Shown here: piece after piece, positions 1-11,473 of the stretch
Numbering within the stretch: the stretch's first letter is position 1
How the letters are laid out: each line of letters opens with the position of its first letter
NCBI RefSeq assembly: GCF_009914755.1
Contig: NC_060925.1
DNA: 64,000 nucleotides
Strand: one strand, 5' to 3'
Source: the human T2T-CHM13v2.0 reference genome, Homo sapiens
The notes under the pieces: model-generated
Database searches by the model: none
Seen by the model: only the letters and a program-made list of their open reading frames with translations
What the model was told of the DNA's origin: nothing
Made by a program: the position numbers and the translations under genes

Positions 1-583
1 TGGAAGTCAGTGTGGCAATTCCTCAGGGATCTAGAACTAGAAATACCATTTGACCCAGCCATCCCATTACTGGGTATATAACCAAAGGATTATAAATCAT
101 GTTGCTATAAAGACACATGCACACATATGTTTATTGCGGCACTATTCACAATAGCAAAGACTTGGAACCAACCCAAATGTCCAACAACGATAGACTGGAT
201 TAAGAAAACGTGGCACATATACACCATGGAATACTATGCAGCCATAAAAAATGATGAGTTCATGTCCTTTGTAGGGACATGGATGAAACTGGAAATCATC
301 ATTCTCAGCAAACTATCACAAGGACAGAAAACCAAACACCGCATGTTCTCACTCATAGGTGGGAATTGAACAACAAGAACACATTGACACAGGAAGGGGA
401 ACAACACAGTTTGGGGACTGTTGTGGGGTGGGAGGAGGGGGAGGGATAGCATTAGGAGATATACCTAATGCTAAATGATGAGTTAATGGCTGCAGTACAC
501 CAACATAGCACATGTATACATATGCAACAAACCTGCACATTATGCACATGTACCCTAAAACTTAAAGTATAATAATAATAAAA

Positions 584-614
<31 letters not shown>

Positions 615-618
615 AAAA
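1..618 (+). mobile_element. L1PA (L1PA3/4-like) 3' end: ORF2 C-terminus, 3'UTR and (AAAT)n tail; continues beyond window start
   Basis: 127-369 translates to the ORF2p C-terminus (TWNQPKCP...FSLIGGN*); G-rich 3'UTR; acttaaagtataataat followed by aaat repeats. Confidence 0.95.
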
Positions 619-789
619 TGATGAAAATAAGCCACATAGAGGTTTAGTGGTATATCCAAGTTCACACAGCTAGTAAGTGACTACGCATATGTCAATAATC
701 AATATCAAGTTCAATAATAATAAACATTTATAAATGTTTTGAAGTAGAAATGGCCATATGAGAATATATACAAGTAAGCCAAAAACTAT

Positions 790-1250
790 ACTTATTCATT
801 TATTCAAAAATATTTACTGAGGATATATTAAGTGTTAGATACTTTTCTAGGTGCTTAGAATACAACAATTAGCTAAAACAGTACCTGCTCTCATAAAGAT
901 TACATTCCAGTTTGTGGAGACAGACATTAAACAGGTATATAGAAATGACAGAGAGAGAGAGAGAGAGATTCATTAAGTGCTATGAAGAAAAATAAAGTAG
1001 GGTAAGGAATATTAAGAATTGGAGATGGATAAATGAAGGAGGTCTGTTTCTTATGGGGTGGTAAGGGAAGGCCTTTATGATACAGTATCTTTTGAGCACA
1101 GAGATGAATGAAATGAAGAGTCTTGTAGATACCTGGAAGAAGAATATTACAGGCAGAAGACACAACATATTAAAGGCTCTGAGCAGGAAGCAAGCTGGAT
1201 GTGTTTAGGGGAACAACATAGCTGCAATGGTGTAAGCAAAGAGGAGAAAG
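790..1250 (-). mobile_element. L2 3' fragment
   Basis: Begins ttattcatttattcaaaaatatttactgag (reverse complement of the L2 3' terminus), followed by L2-like purine-rich 3' region. Confidence 0.7.
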
Positions 1251-1888
1251 GCATCATTCAACTGTACTCTGAGTTTCTCTAAGCAAATGTCTCTGCCCTT
1301 TAAAGTAACTCTCTAAGTAAAACTAATTAAACCCCTTTTTTTGCTGTAACTCTCAATTTTTTTAAGAAAACAAAACATATTGCTTAATTTTCTTTAGGTC
1401 TGCTATGATTTTGCTCATTCTCTGGGTATGTAGGAGAGAGATAATGTTCACATCTCAACTGAAGTGTTGCATAGTTTTACTGGAGATCTGTTACTTTTCA
1501 TTTATTTAAAGAAAACATATGATCATTGATGGAGAAAAGAGAAAACCCACAGAAAGTTCATTGTGGATGAAATATATGGAAAAATAAGTATAGTCACGTT
1601 AGTCTACCAATTAGGAGAGCTAGGATAAATTAAAAATAAAAATAATTGTACTAAAAGTTAAAACCAGGTAAATCTAAAACTTCAGGACCCCAAAGCTACC
1701 ACTCAAAACAGCCCAATATCAACTGAAATGGATGTCCAGTCCAAAGATACATCAAAAAGTAGATGCATTCAAATAGCATTTAAGTCTAAAGCTGAGTGCT
1801 CATTTGCCAAGCAGACAGGCCATTAAAAACCTGTGGTTTTGGATGTTTTCAACTGAACTTGAATTTTCAGATGTATAAATTAGTTTAC

Positions 1889-1910
1889 CTCCTTGGAAAG
1901 ACATGATTTC
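1889..1910 (-). CDS. Candidate 22-nt exon (D) of an unidentified minus-strand transcript
   Basis: Minus strand: catttctcttcaaaacag|GAAATCATGTCTTTCCAAGGAG|gtaaac; non-repeat DNA; in frame with candidate exons A-C. Confidence 0.25.
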
Positions 1911-2459
1911 CTGTTTTGAAGAGAAATGTAGCCTTCTAAAAGCTTACTTAAAAGGTTCAAAAGGCTACTTGGGCATCAAATAACTATTAAAAACAATATT
2001 TTGACTATTTAAGTGTAAACGAATCAGAAACATATGGATTAAATTTCCCTTAAATTGCACATGCACCAAACTTAAGAGTAAAAGCATGGGTGAAACCTGT
2101 TTTGGATTTCAGTGAGCCCAAAACATTTGAAAAATCATCTGAGATGATCAGTGAACTCAAAGTACAGCAGGATTCATCCTTCCTTAATTCATCCCTGTCC
2201 TATGCTTCTGGTCTTAATATAAGGAAGAGTGTAAGTACACAAATAGCTTAGAGGTAAAATGTCTAGATCTAAATTTAAATGAGATTTTAAAATAAAGAGA
2301 GAAGAAATTGTTAAAATCTTTTTGAAACCTGTATTTAAAGAGAAAGTCTTTATGGTAAAGAAAATCTGAAATATTATTTAGACTCCTTGTACAATTTATT
2401 TTTGAGTCTCTAATTAAAGATTGAATTCACATGATTCTAGGATGAATAATAAACCAACT

Positions 2460-2900
2460 TTTTAAACATATATTATGTTCTAGTCACTGTGCTTAGCACT
2501 GTCACATTCATTATTTCTTCATTTAATCTCACCGAAAAATAGCTTTAGGCCCCTGTTATACACAGAGGAGACAAGATATTTGTTGTTTACTCAGTCTTAC
2601 TCTTTTCACCTTGAGCTATTTACAATTAACAACCTGAATCAACTAACAAAAATATTATAATTTCCTCATCAAAGTAAACTAACATTAAGAATTGAAGTCC
2701 TTAGCTACTAGTAGTAGAACTACACAGTACTGGGAGACTGCATAGAAAGTAGTTAAGAGCACATGTTTTTGGGTAGCAAGATGTTTAGTCTTTTTGTACC
2801 TAACTCCTTTGTATAATTGGAAAATACTTGTCCCATAAAATCGCTGTGAATATAAAATGGGAAGTTGTATGTAATATGCTGAAAGTAACTGCTTAATGAA
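2460..2900. mobile_element. Two MIR fragments (about 2460-2575 minus, about 2740-2900 plus)
   Basis: MIR core-like motifs (cactgtgcttagcac...ttcatttaatctc; gtataattggaaaatac...gctgtgaatataaaatg). Confidence 0.5.
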
Positions 2901-4849
2901 AGAAAACTATTGCTTAAGAAATATGTGTATATTCACGTGCTCAATAATTATTTCTTCCAACAACCTCTCAGAGCCAGACTGTGTCACTTCCTGTAACTCT
3001 TCCTAGTATGGGCACCTCACTTCTCTCTCTAGACTCCCTAGACCTAACTCTTCACCATGCACTGAGTAGATAATTAATAATTTCCACACCTGTTGAAAAG
3101 ATTGCTTGGAACTACTTCCATCACAAGTTACAAGCATCCACCTTATGGACTGTATCCTGCAGGATACCGTGCTGGCTACTTGAAGATGGAGGCTACTTCA
3201 GCACGTGTCAGGCCAGAAACTACCTGTGTCAACCAGTGGGGCTTGCCATGACCCATCTCCTACTAAGTGACATATAGAGGGAGCCTCCTTTTTCCCATTA
3301 AAATCTAGCTTGTCTCCTCTACCACCAGTTTAGGGAGTTTACTGCGTTCTAAGAAGTGATCTTTCCCTGGATACCTCTTAGCTTCTTCATTCTGCTCATC
3401 CACTCCGCATAACTGAGAACTGGGTAGCTCCAAAGTTCAGATTCATTATCTCTGAAAAAATACGATAAAACATTGATATCACCCTCCCTATCAGCTACTC
3501 ATGCTTTCTTATCTGGGGGCCATTCCTCTATCTCCCTGTGACCTCCAACTATTGCTCAGCAGGGAGATGGAAATAGAGTGCCTGGGAATAGTTCCCAGAA
3601 CCATACTGTTACCTACAGAAAAAATACCACAGGACATTTTTCCTTGACCACTCCCTTCTCTAGCAAACACTTCCCTGTATGTCCTTTTTCTTGGGAAAAG
3701 GTCTGATTTCCCAGAATGACAGGCAGACCATGAGTCTCATAGTTCCTGTGAAGTTTTTAAACTTTTGAGTTACATCTAACCTTGTCAAATTTGCTGGTTA
3801 ATCAACTTTCCATTGCCTGTCGGCAGTGAAAACCTGACCAGAAAAGATGTTCTAGCCAGCAGGGAACTGTGAGTTACTTATCTCCATGAGGTTTTAATGA
3901 GGCACATTAACTCAACCACTCTAATAAATCTGTACCTAAGGTAATTGGTTATAAATGCCTAGTGAGAGGCTGCATGTGGAGTGAAGGTGTTGAATGTTGT
4001 GTACTCACCACAGGTAAGAATTTTAAGAGGCAACTTAATGGTTTGAGAGCCATCTAATTATCATCAGGTTGTTCTTTGGTTGGTCTGCTCTTTGTTTTAA
4101 GTTTGCAGGACTAGAAACTAGCTTTAAATCAAAGCTTAAGAAGGTGAAAGTTACTGGTACTTAACAGAGAGCCCCCCCCTTCAACCACGTGCTCTCTTGC
4201 GGAGGGAGGAAGAGAAATAATGAGACACTATGCCCTTCCTACAGCTCCAGTAATATTCAATTTTGGTTCATCCGTCAAAGGCAGGGTTAAAGCTGGCAAA
4301 GTGGAAGAATTCTGAGTGCTGCTTAAACTTTCATACCCCACTACCCACAGTCTTATTATTCAGGCCAGTCTGGAACAAGGCTGCAGGATTGTTGGGTCAC
4401 CGTAGAAGAGAAAAATCATTATTGGAGCTGCTGGACTAATAATAGAAGGTGACTGAGTGAAGACATAGCTCAAAGTGGTGCCAAAAATCAGAGAGACCTC
4501 AAAGCATAATATAATTGTCAAAACCCAGGGTATGTTTGTCAGACTGAGCATTGCAGAGCAGGATCTAGGTAGGAATTTATACATAATGTCCTAGTGTGTT
4601 ATAACTGTGACCAAGGAATTATGTCCATATCTAACATATCTCCAGCCAATGGAGGTGGTTACAATGGACTTGTTTCTAGGGTAGACTTCTAGCCCGCAAA
4701 GAGACAGATGAGATATCAGAAACTTGCAGTAGGCTGACTTCAGGAGGTAAGTTATTCATCTGAGATACCTGACTAGGGTACTAGGAAGAGTAACTAGACA
4801 AGCTACCAGGTGGGAAGTAAAGACTTCCCAAGACTCCTCTTTTTCAAAC

Positions 4850-5445
4850 ATTTCTCCCTCTTTTCCATAGCCACAACATCCCACTCAATTGCCAAAGTCA
4901 GAAACATAGGCACTATACATATTGTTTCCCTCTCCCATACCCTTCATATCCAAATCAAACACTAATCTTTTCTTCTGTACCCTTTAATGTCTTTTAAATT
5001 TCTCATTTCTTTCCATCCCCACTGTTATTACCTTAGTTCAAGACACCATCATCTATCAGTTGGATTACTATAGTGGCCTCCTAACTGTTCTTTCTGTCTC
5101 CATTTTTTACCACTACACTCCTTACAATCTATGCTCTAGACCTACCTAATTCCTTGTAGTTCCCTAAATGTGCTATGCTCCCTCTTGCTTCTGGGGTTTG
5201 CATATCTTCAGTTGGCTAAGTCTCACTCCTCCACTTCCTCAAAGAGCACTTTCCAAATTTCCAAAACTAGGCCTGGGGCTCCACCCCTTTGCTACCAAGT
5301 AGCCTATAATAAGGGCTATAAATATCATATTGTGCCTCTCTCTTCTCTTGCCTTGATCTTTTTTATCAACATTTTATTTCTAGGTCTTAGCGTACTGCCT
5401 GGACCACAATAGGTTCAATGATATTTAATTAATATTTGTGACTTG
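4850..5445 (+). mobile_element. L2 3' region
   Basis: Pyrimidine-rich L2-like sequence (caccatcatct...ggattactatagtggcctcctaactg) ending in cttagcgtactgcctggaccacaataggttcaat. Confidence 0.7.
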
Positions 5446-5581
5446 GAAGATATACTCCTGACATATCAGATTTTGAATCTAAATAATATTTTTTAAAAAA
5501 AAGAGTTAGGGAACATACTGGATCCCAGGAGTTGTGACTGTGCCTCCAGATTCTGAGTCTGAAGAATGTGACTATACTCAA

Positions 5582-5797
5582 TGCTATGGTCTGAACATTT
5601 GTATCTCCCCCAAATTTTTTTGTTAAAATTCTAATCCCCAATGTGATGGTATTAGAAGGTAGAGCCTTCATCAGTCACCAAACCTGCCAACAGCTTGATC
5701 TTGGATTTCCCAGCCTCTAGATGTGTGAGAAATAGATCTCTGTTGTTTATAAGATATCCAGTTTATGGTATTTTGCTACAGCAGCCTGACGATACCC
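5582..5797 (+). mobile_element. MLT1A-type MaLR solo LTR, internally deleted
   Basis: 5' tgctatggtctgaacatttgt...ctaatccccaatgtgatggtatt joined directly to 3' ttgatcttggatttcccagcctc...tggtattttgctacagcagcc. Confidence 0.8.
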
Positions 5798-5950
5798 AAA
5801 GAAGAAACTAAGCTTCTAGCAAGTTTGGCTTAAGGAGTGGTAGAGGACCAAGATTGGTATTTCAGTGATCAAGAAGTGAATAACTGAATAAGGCAAAAGA
5901 AAAATAAAACAGTACAAAAATAAAACAAAACACCAGGCAGAGCTAACAAA

Positions 5951-6030
5951 ACATGTATACCTATGTTACAAACCTGCACATTGTGCACATGTACTCTAGA
6001 ACTTAAAGTATAAAAATAAAAAGCAAAAAG
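5951..6030 (+). mobile_element. Extremely 5'-truncated L1PA 3' end (about 60 bp plus A-rich tail)
   Basis: acatgtatacctatgttacaaacctgcacattgtgcacatgtactctagaacttaaagtataaaaataaa matches the L1PA terminus (compare 510-575). Confidence 0.85.
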
Positions 6031-6670
6031 ACCCCCCCACCAAAAATAAAACAAAACAAAAACAAAAAAAAAACTATACGTCCTCATCAAAATGGAGCTC
6101 TTTTAGTGGTAGGGGTGGCAGAAGACATTAACAATATTTGAAACTCTTATTCTATGTAATAATCTATTCAGACACTTCCTTTGGAGATTCCTATTTTCAG
6201 AAAAATCATCCAGTCACCCATTCCAACACTGAGTCTATACCAATATTTGTTCCAAGCTGATCATAAATTCTCCCTGCCTTCCCACCCCTACACATAAACT
6301 CTACCCACTGTAAATCAAGGTTATCAGGCACAAGTAAAACCAAGACCTAACCTTGATAACCAGTAGTAAAATGTTACTTTGCTAGAATGTAAGTAAACCT
6401 TTTTTGCACACTCCTTTTAATATAGAAAGCTGAAAAAGTTGGAATAAAACAAGTTAAAATCAGTGATTTTACATGATAATGTGAGAACAAACTGAGGATC
6501 CTAGTACATAGTAATGTTGCATTTAGGATTAGTCAGAAAGTAAAGCTTCTTAATTCTATTTGCATTAATTAGTCAAACAAACACTTTCTGTAGAGGTATT
6601 TGACACTCTCATGTGTTGAGATTTGCCAAAATATGCTAATCATGGTCAATCCTCATGTACCATGTGAAGG

Positions 6671-6867
6671 CTGGGCTGCTATTCTGTGTGATTGTTCAGG
6701 TGGCTCACTACATAAAGTTGCCTAGCCAGAATGATGACTGTAGGCTACAGCCAGCCTGCTGTATGCTCAGTAAGCTTCAGGCCCTGTCATGGGGCTTGCA
6801 TCACCCAGTGGACAGGGCATCTTTTTCTAATCTACACAAAGGTACCATATGGGTAGTATAGGTCCTG
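6671..6867 (+). mobile_element. MER91-like hAT (Tip100) MITE
   Basis: Degenerate CAGGGCC-type termini; 3' end ctaatctacacaaaggtaccatatggg...ggtcctg; 8-bp flanks tgtgaagg/tttgaaag match 6/8. Confidence 0.55.
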
Positions 6868-8516
6868 TTTGAAAGGGTTAAGACTCAGACACCGTCATAG
6901 CTCTCAAGTAACCCTAGAAGATACAACTTCTGAGTTATATATTTCAGAAATCCCACAGGCTCTCATCAATCTGAGAATATACCATTCTGCCCTCTAATCA
7001 TCATGACTTTGAGTCTGAACTATTAAATGAACCTACTCAGCCACTGACAATGAGAATTTGTGCTTACAGTGGAGACTGCCAGACCTCTATACTATACATG
7101 AAAAAAACAAAAGCTACAAAAGTCTGTTACAGGATAGAGACAAAGCAAAATTCAGCTTTTTATTTATACCTCAGACCTGCTTGATTCCAAGTTCTTTGAG
7201 GACACTTATGTCTTTGGTTGTTAGTACTATATATCAACTCTTTGAGAACACATCTTCTCTGGGACTCAGTTGTCTTACTGACTTATGAGATCTAGTTTCA
7301 GTCTCAAGCCTGAGTCTTTCTACCCACACCCCTCCAAAGCTGACTATCCTTTCCACTAGTGATAAATATCATCCAAGGCCCAACATATAGGCCTGTATAG
7401 GAGAAGGTCTCATATGGGCCAAATGATGAAGCTGAGGCTGACAATATGGTATATTTTATGGACTCCAAAATGCTAAACTTCACAAAAGTGTTTTTCTGTT
7501 TAAGTATTATTTCATTGTTTCCCTTAAATGCCTGTTATAAATACCTAGTGAGCTCGAAAGAGTCTGTCATATCATTAACTTTATTAATAAGAACAATAAC
7601 AACAAATATCTAATCTGGTAAAGACCATCAAGCTAATTTCTAGAGATCAAAGATTTATGAAACTCAGGTCCCACCCATGAGAGTTGCCCCAAAAATACTG
7701 TATTATTTCTCAAAACAGCTATCATTAAGGGAAGCCTTGGCCATAACCAGGATTCCAGAGGCACTTCAGGAGGGCAACAAGACAAAGCAGGCCTAGGCTT
7801 CAAGGTACTTGAGAGCAGGATAGTAAACTAATCCTTTAGCCCTCAGTTTTTCCTAAGGCTGGCCCCACTGCAGAGTATTCTCCCTCCCTTAGATGACTCC
7901 TTAGAAAACCCAATCTCCTCTTTACTGTCTGCAGGTCTTACCTTACCCCCAGTATCTCTCCATATTCTCCCCTAAATGCCAAATTTGGTTTCTGTGCCTG
8001 CCTTTTTAACTGAGATCATGACATTCTTCCTTAAGACCCAGAATCATTTCTTACTTTGTCTAGGATCAGCCTCTATAATCTCTTCAAGTTTTTCCAGAAC
8101 TTTTTAGTAAATTAACTAAGAATTTTTTTTTAGAGATGATGACTGAATATTCATATTATCACTACAGTCTTGCACTCTTTGGTGAGGCCCAGGAAGGCCT
8201 AAGTTTTCCTCCTACTTCAGCCCTGCTATCCTGACAGGTGGTCCTAGGCTGATGGTAATGTGTCTCTGGAGATCAAAATCCACATTGATATCACTTACTT
8301 TTCTTAACATCACTACTTTGGGCTGCATGATTACTGTTATCTACCTGTTGATATTATTCATCTTGCCCTTCTATGGTTCTAGTGGTCTCATAACTCAGTT
8401 ACAGTTTTTGTTATTGCCTGAAAGAGGAGAATGAGAAATGAACTAGCTTTAGGGTGGATAAGTTGATGCAATCGACAGCAAAGAGAAAAGAAAGAAACAA
8501 CCCAAGTCCTTGATGA

Positions 8517-10087
8517 TTTTTTTATTGTGGTAAAAAAATAATAACACAAAATTTGCCATTTTAATCATTGTTAAGTGTTCAGTTCAGTGGCATTAATTAA
8601 ATTCACAATGTTATGCAATCATTACCACTATGTATTTCCAAAACTTTCATTGCTCCAAAGAGAAACTTTGTGTCCACTAAGCAACAGCTCCCATTCCTCC
8701 TTCTCCTCAGCTTCCAGTAACCTCTAATTTACTGTCTTTATAAATCTGCCTATTCTAAATATTTCACCAAATGCAACCATACAATATTTGCTCTTTTGTG
8801 TCTGGCTATTTTACCTACATTTAGTATGTTTTCAAGGTTCATCCATGTTTAAGCACGTATAAAAATTCCTTTCTTTTTAAGGCTGAAAAATATTCCACTG
8901 TATGTATATACAGCATTTGTTTATCCATTCATCTGTTGATAAACATGTGAGTTATTTGTACCTTTTGGCTATTGTGAATAATGCTGGAATGAACATTGGC
9001 ATACGAATATCTGTTTGAGTCTTTGCTTTCCCTTTTTTTTTTTTTTTTTTGGTTATATACCTAGGAGTGAAATTACTGGCTCATCTATGTCTAGCCTTTT
9101 AAAGAATGCCCAAACTGTTTTCCACAGCAGCTGTACCATTTACATTTCCATTAGCAATGAATGAGGATTCCAATTTCTCCACATCCTTGCCAACACTTAT
9201 TTTCCTTTTATAAACATTATATATATAAAACCATCCTAGCAAGTATGAAATGTGGTATCTCATGATTTTAATAGGCCTTTTCTTAATGACTAATGATGTT
9301 CTCCATCTTTTAAGGTGCTTATTGGCTATTAGCATATCCTCTTTGAAGAAATGTTTATTCACATCCTCACCTCTATTTTAATTGGGTTGTTCATCTTTTT
9401 GTTGTTGAGTTGTAGGAATTCTTTATATAGTCTGGATAGAAACTTCTATTAGAGATGTAGTTTACAAATATTTCCTCTCATTCTGTAGGTTGTCTTTTCA
9501 TTTCTTGACAATGTCGTTTTATGCACAAAAGGTTTTTTTATTTTTTGATGAGGTCCAGTTTATCTATTTTTGTTGTTCTTGCTCTTGGTTTCAGTGTCAT
9601 ATGTGAGAACCCATTGCCAAGTTCCATGTCATAAAGAGGACTTCCACATTTTCTTCTAAGAGTTTTATAGTTTTAGTTCACATTTAGGTCTGGGCCTGTT
9701 TGTCATGCCTATAATCCCAGCACTTTGGGAGGCCAACATGGGTGGTTTGCTTGAACTCAGGAGCTTGAGACCAGCCTGGGCCATATGGTGAAATCCCATC
9801 TCTACAAGAAATACAAAAATTCCCTGGGCTTGGTAGCACATGCCTGTAGTCCCAGCTACTAGAGAGGTCAAGGTGGTAAGATCTCCACTTGAATCCAGGA
9901 AGTGGATGTTGCAGTGAGCCAAGATTGTGCCACTGTACTCCAGCCTAGGCAACAGAGTGAGACTCTGTCTCAAAAAAGCAAAAAACAAGCAAACAAAAAC
10001 ACAAAAATTAATTGGCCATAGATCTATGGGTTTAATTCTAGAATCTCAACTTCATTCCTTTAGTCTACATGTCATTTTTTTTACGCT
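8517..10087 (-). mobile_element. L1MB-type 3' fragment, interrupted by AluJ
   Basis: T tract then reverse L1MB 3'UTR and ORF2 end (ORF 9099-9362 MNKHFFKED...); TSD cttgatga(c)tttt at 8510 and 10088. Confidence 0.85.
9687..10005 (+). mobile_element. AluJ (AluJb-like)
   Basis: Dimeric Alu with J-type ttgcttgaactcaggag...cctgggc, highly diverged, A-rich tail. Confidence 0.9.
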
Positions 10088-10132
10088 CTTGATGACTTTT
10101 GAGTTGCTGAATTAACAAACCCTGAAGTCCAC

Positions 10133-10490
10133 TATATTCATTTTCTATTGCTATGACTTCTGGGCCTTTTGGCTAAGATCAATTGCATTTTTTATGCTGC
10201 TATCTATAAATTACAAATGGTGGCTTTAAACAAACAAAAACAATTACTGTCTTACAGTTCTGGAGGTCAGAGGTTCAAAATGGGTTTTGCTGAGTTAAAA
10301 TCAAGGTGTCAGCAGGGCTGCATTTCTTTCTGGAAAATCTAGGTTATCTCCCTATGTTAAGGTCAGCTGATTAGCAACCCTAATTTCATCTGCAGCCTTA
10401 ATTCCCCTTTGCCATGCAACATAACATGTTCATAGATTTCTGGAAGTAGGACATGAACATCTCTGGAGAGCCATTATATTGCCTACCATA
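10133..10490 (-). mobile_element. MLT1D-like MaLR LTR
   Basis: tatattcattttctattgct...tcttacagttctggaggtcagag...aaaatcaaggtgtcagcagggctg...ccattatattgcctaccata. Confidence 0.8.
10153..10187 (+). pseudogene. U2 snRNA 5'-fragment retropseudogene (nt 1-35, no poly-A tail)
   Basis: atgacttctgggccttttggctaagatcaattgca versus U2 ATCGCTTCTCGGCCTTTTGGCTAAGATCAAGTGTA: 30/35 identical, U2 nt 11-30 exact; flanked by an imperfect direct repeat. Confidence 0.88.
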
Positions 10491-10564
10491 GTCACTCTAG
10501 CTCTGGACTGATAGTCATTCGATACAACAAATTTCTCTATGTTTAAAGCCTACATAATTTAAAG

Positions 10565-10655
10565 CTGGGACTTACTTATCCACCATAGTCTCCTAACACC
10601 ACTCAGCATAATGTCTGGAATATAATCTATGCTTGATAAATACTGTTGAAAGATT
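10565..10655 (+). mobile_element. L2 3' terminal fragment
   Basis: agcataatgtctggaatataatctatgcttgataaatactgttgaa. Confidence 0.5.
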
Positions 10656-10691
10656 CATTTATTGATACCCTCAGTGTCTACGTAGTTTAGG

Positions 10692-10926
10692 CAAGTATTT
10701 TTAAAACTAGATCCCACAGAGGCCTAAGCTTCCCTTGTTATGCCTTATGGACCACTTGAGGTGAGGAGGGGGAACTGCTGAGGAGGAGGTTAAGTTGGGA
10801 CCAACTCCTAGCCTAGCTTCAAGCAAAGCAGTTTGCCTATACTATGTTTTTCATATTTTGATATTCTATGTTAAATTTTATTCATAAAAAGGGACTCTGC
10901 TACTAAAGAAAATTTGAAAACCTCTG
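10692..10926. mobile_element. MER112-like hAT-Charlie MITE
   Basis: Termini caagtatttttaaaact / aatttgaaaacctctg (CAGTGGTTTTCAAA-type TIRs); aagggactctgctactaaa near one end. Confidence 0.55.
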
Positions 10927-11025
10927 GGAATAGGTCATTGACAACACAACACAATTTCAAAATGTCTGCCTCATGAAGATGTTGATTTTATAAGATAAAT
11001 TGAACCAGCTCTCAAGGTGAGTTAC

Positions 11026-11084
11026 CCTTGTAATAGGAAGGACGTGCTTCACATGGTGCCCAGCTGAAATTGGGTTGAGTAGAC
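11026..11084 (-). CDS. Candidate 59-nt exon (C)
   Basis: Minus strand: ctatttcatgctctag|GTCTACTCAA...TATTACAAGG|gtaact; non-repeat DNA; encodes STQPNFSWAPCEARPSYYK in the shared frame. Confidence 0.3.
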
Positions 11085-11264
11085 CTAGAGCATGAAATAG
11101 TCTCTTTACAATGCAGCATTCTAAATGTAGTTTCTCATTCAATTCCCAAATATTTATTTCCAATTAAGTAATCCCTGTGGCCCTGTAAGTTTCACAAAGC
11201 TCATTGGAATTCAGTTGGAAATGAAGAACTGCCTTTTCTAAGCTACTGAGAAAAGAAAAACAAC

Positions 11265-11445
11265 AGTGACCACTGTTAAGTGCTTACTTACTCTGTGGCA
11301 GGCACTGTACTCAGCAATTTACACACATTATCTTTCGTGTGTATGCCGTCCTTGCCAAAGTCCTGCAAAGTACGCAGTGTCTCCACTTTGCTAATAAGAA
11401 AACTGGACTAATACACATTAAATAACCTGCCTGAGGCCACAAACC
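11265..11445 (-). mobile_element. MIR
   Basis: aagtgcttac...ggcaggcactgtactcagc...ataagaaaactgg...ttaaataacctgcctgaggccaca. Confidence 0.7.
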
Positions 11446-11473
11446 TCTTTAAGAAATCTTTCAATATTTCCCA

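Larger units (their letters stand above)
8400..10550 (+). mobile_element. Old MLT1 (MLT1J/K-like) LTR split into three pieces (about 8400-8516, 10088-10132, 10491-10550)
   Basis: gaaagaaacaacccaagtccttgatga / ttgagttgctgaattaacaaaccctgaag / ctctggact...aaatttctctatgtttaaagcc are colinear with the MLT1J 3' half. Confidence 0.55.

Noticed and set aside
3152-3167. Perfect 16-bp palindrome gtatcctgcaggatac
   Set aside because: About one palindrome of this length is expected by chance in 64 kb (64000/4^8)
4476-4493. tggtgccaaaa as a tRNA-Phe primer-binding site
   Set aside because: Only the first ~11 nt resemble it and no clear LTR end precedes it
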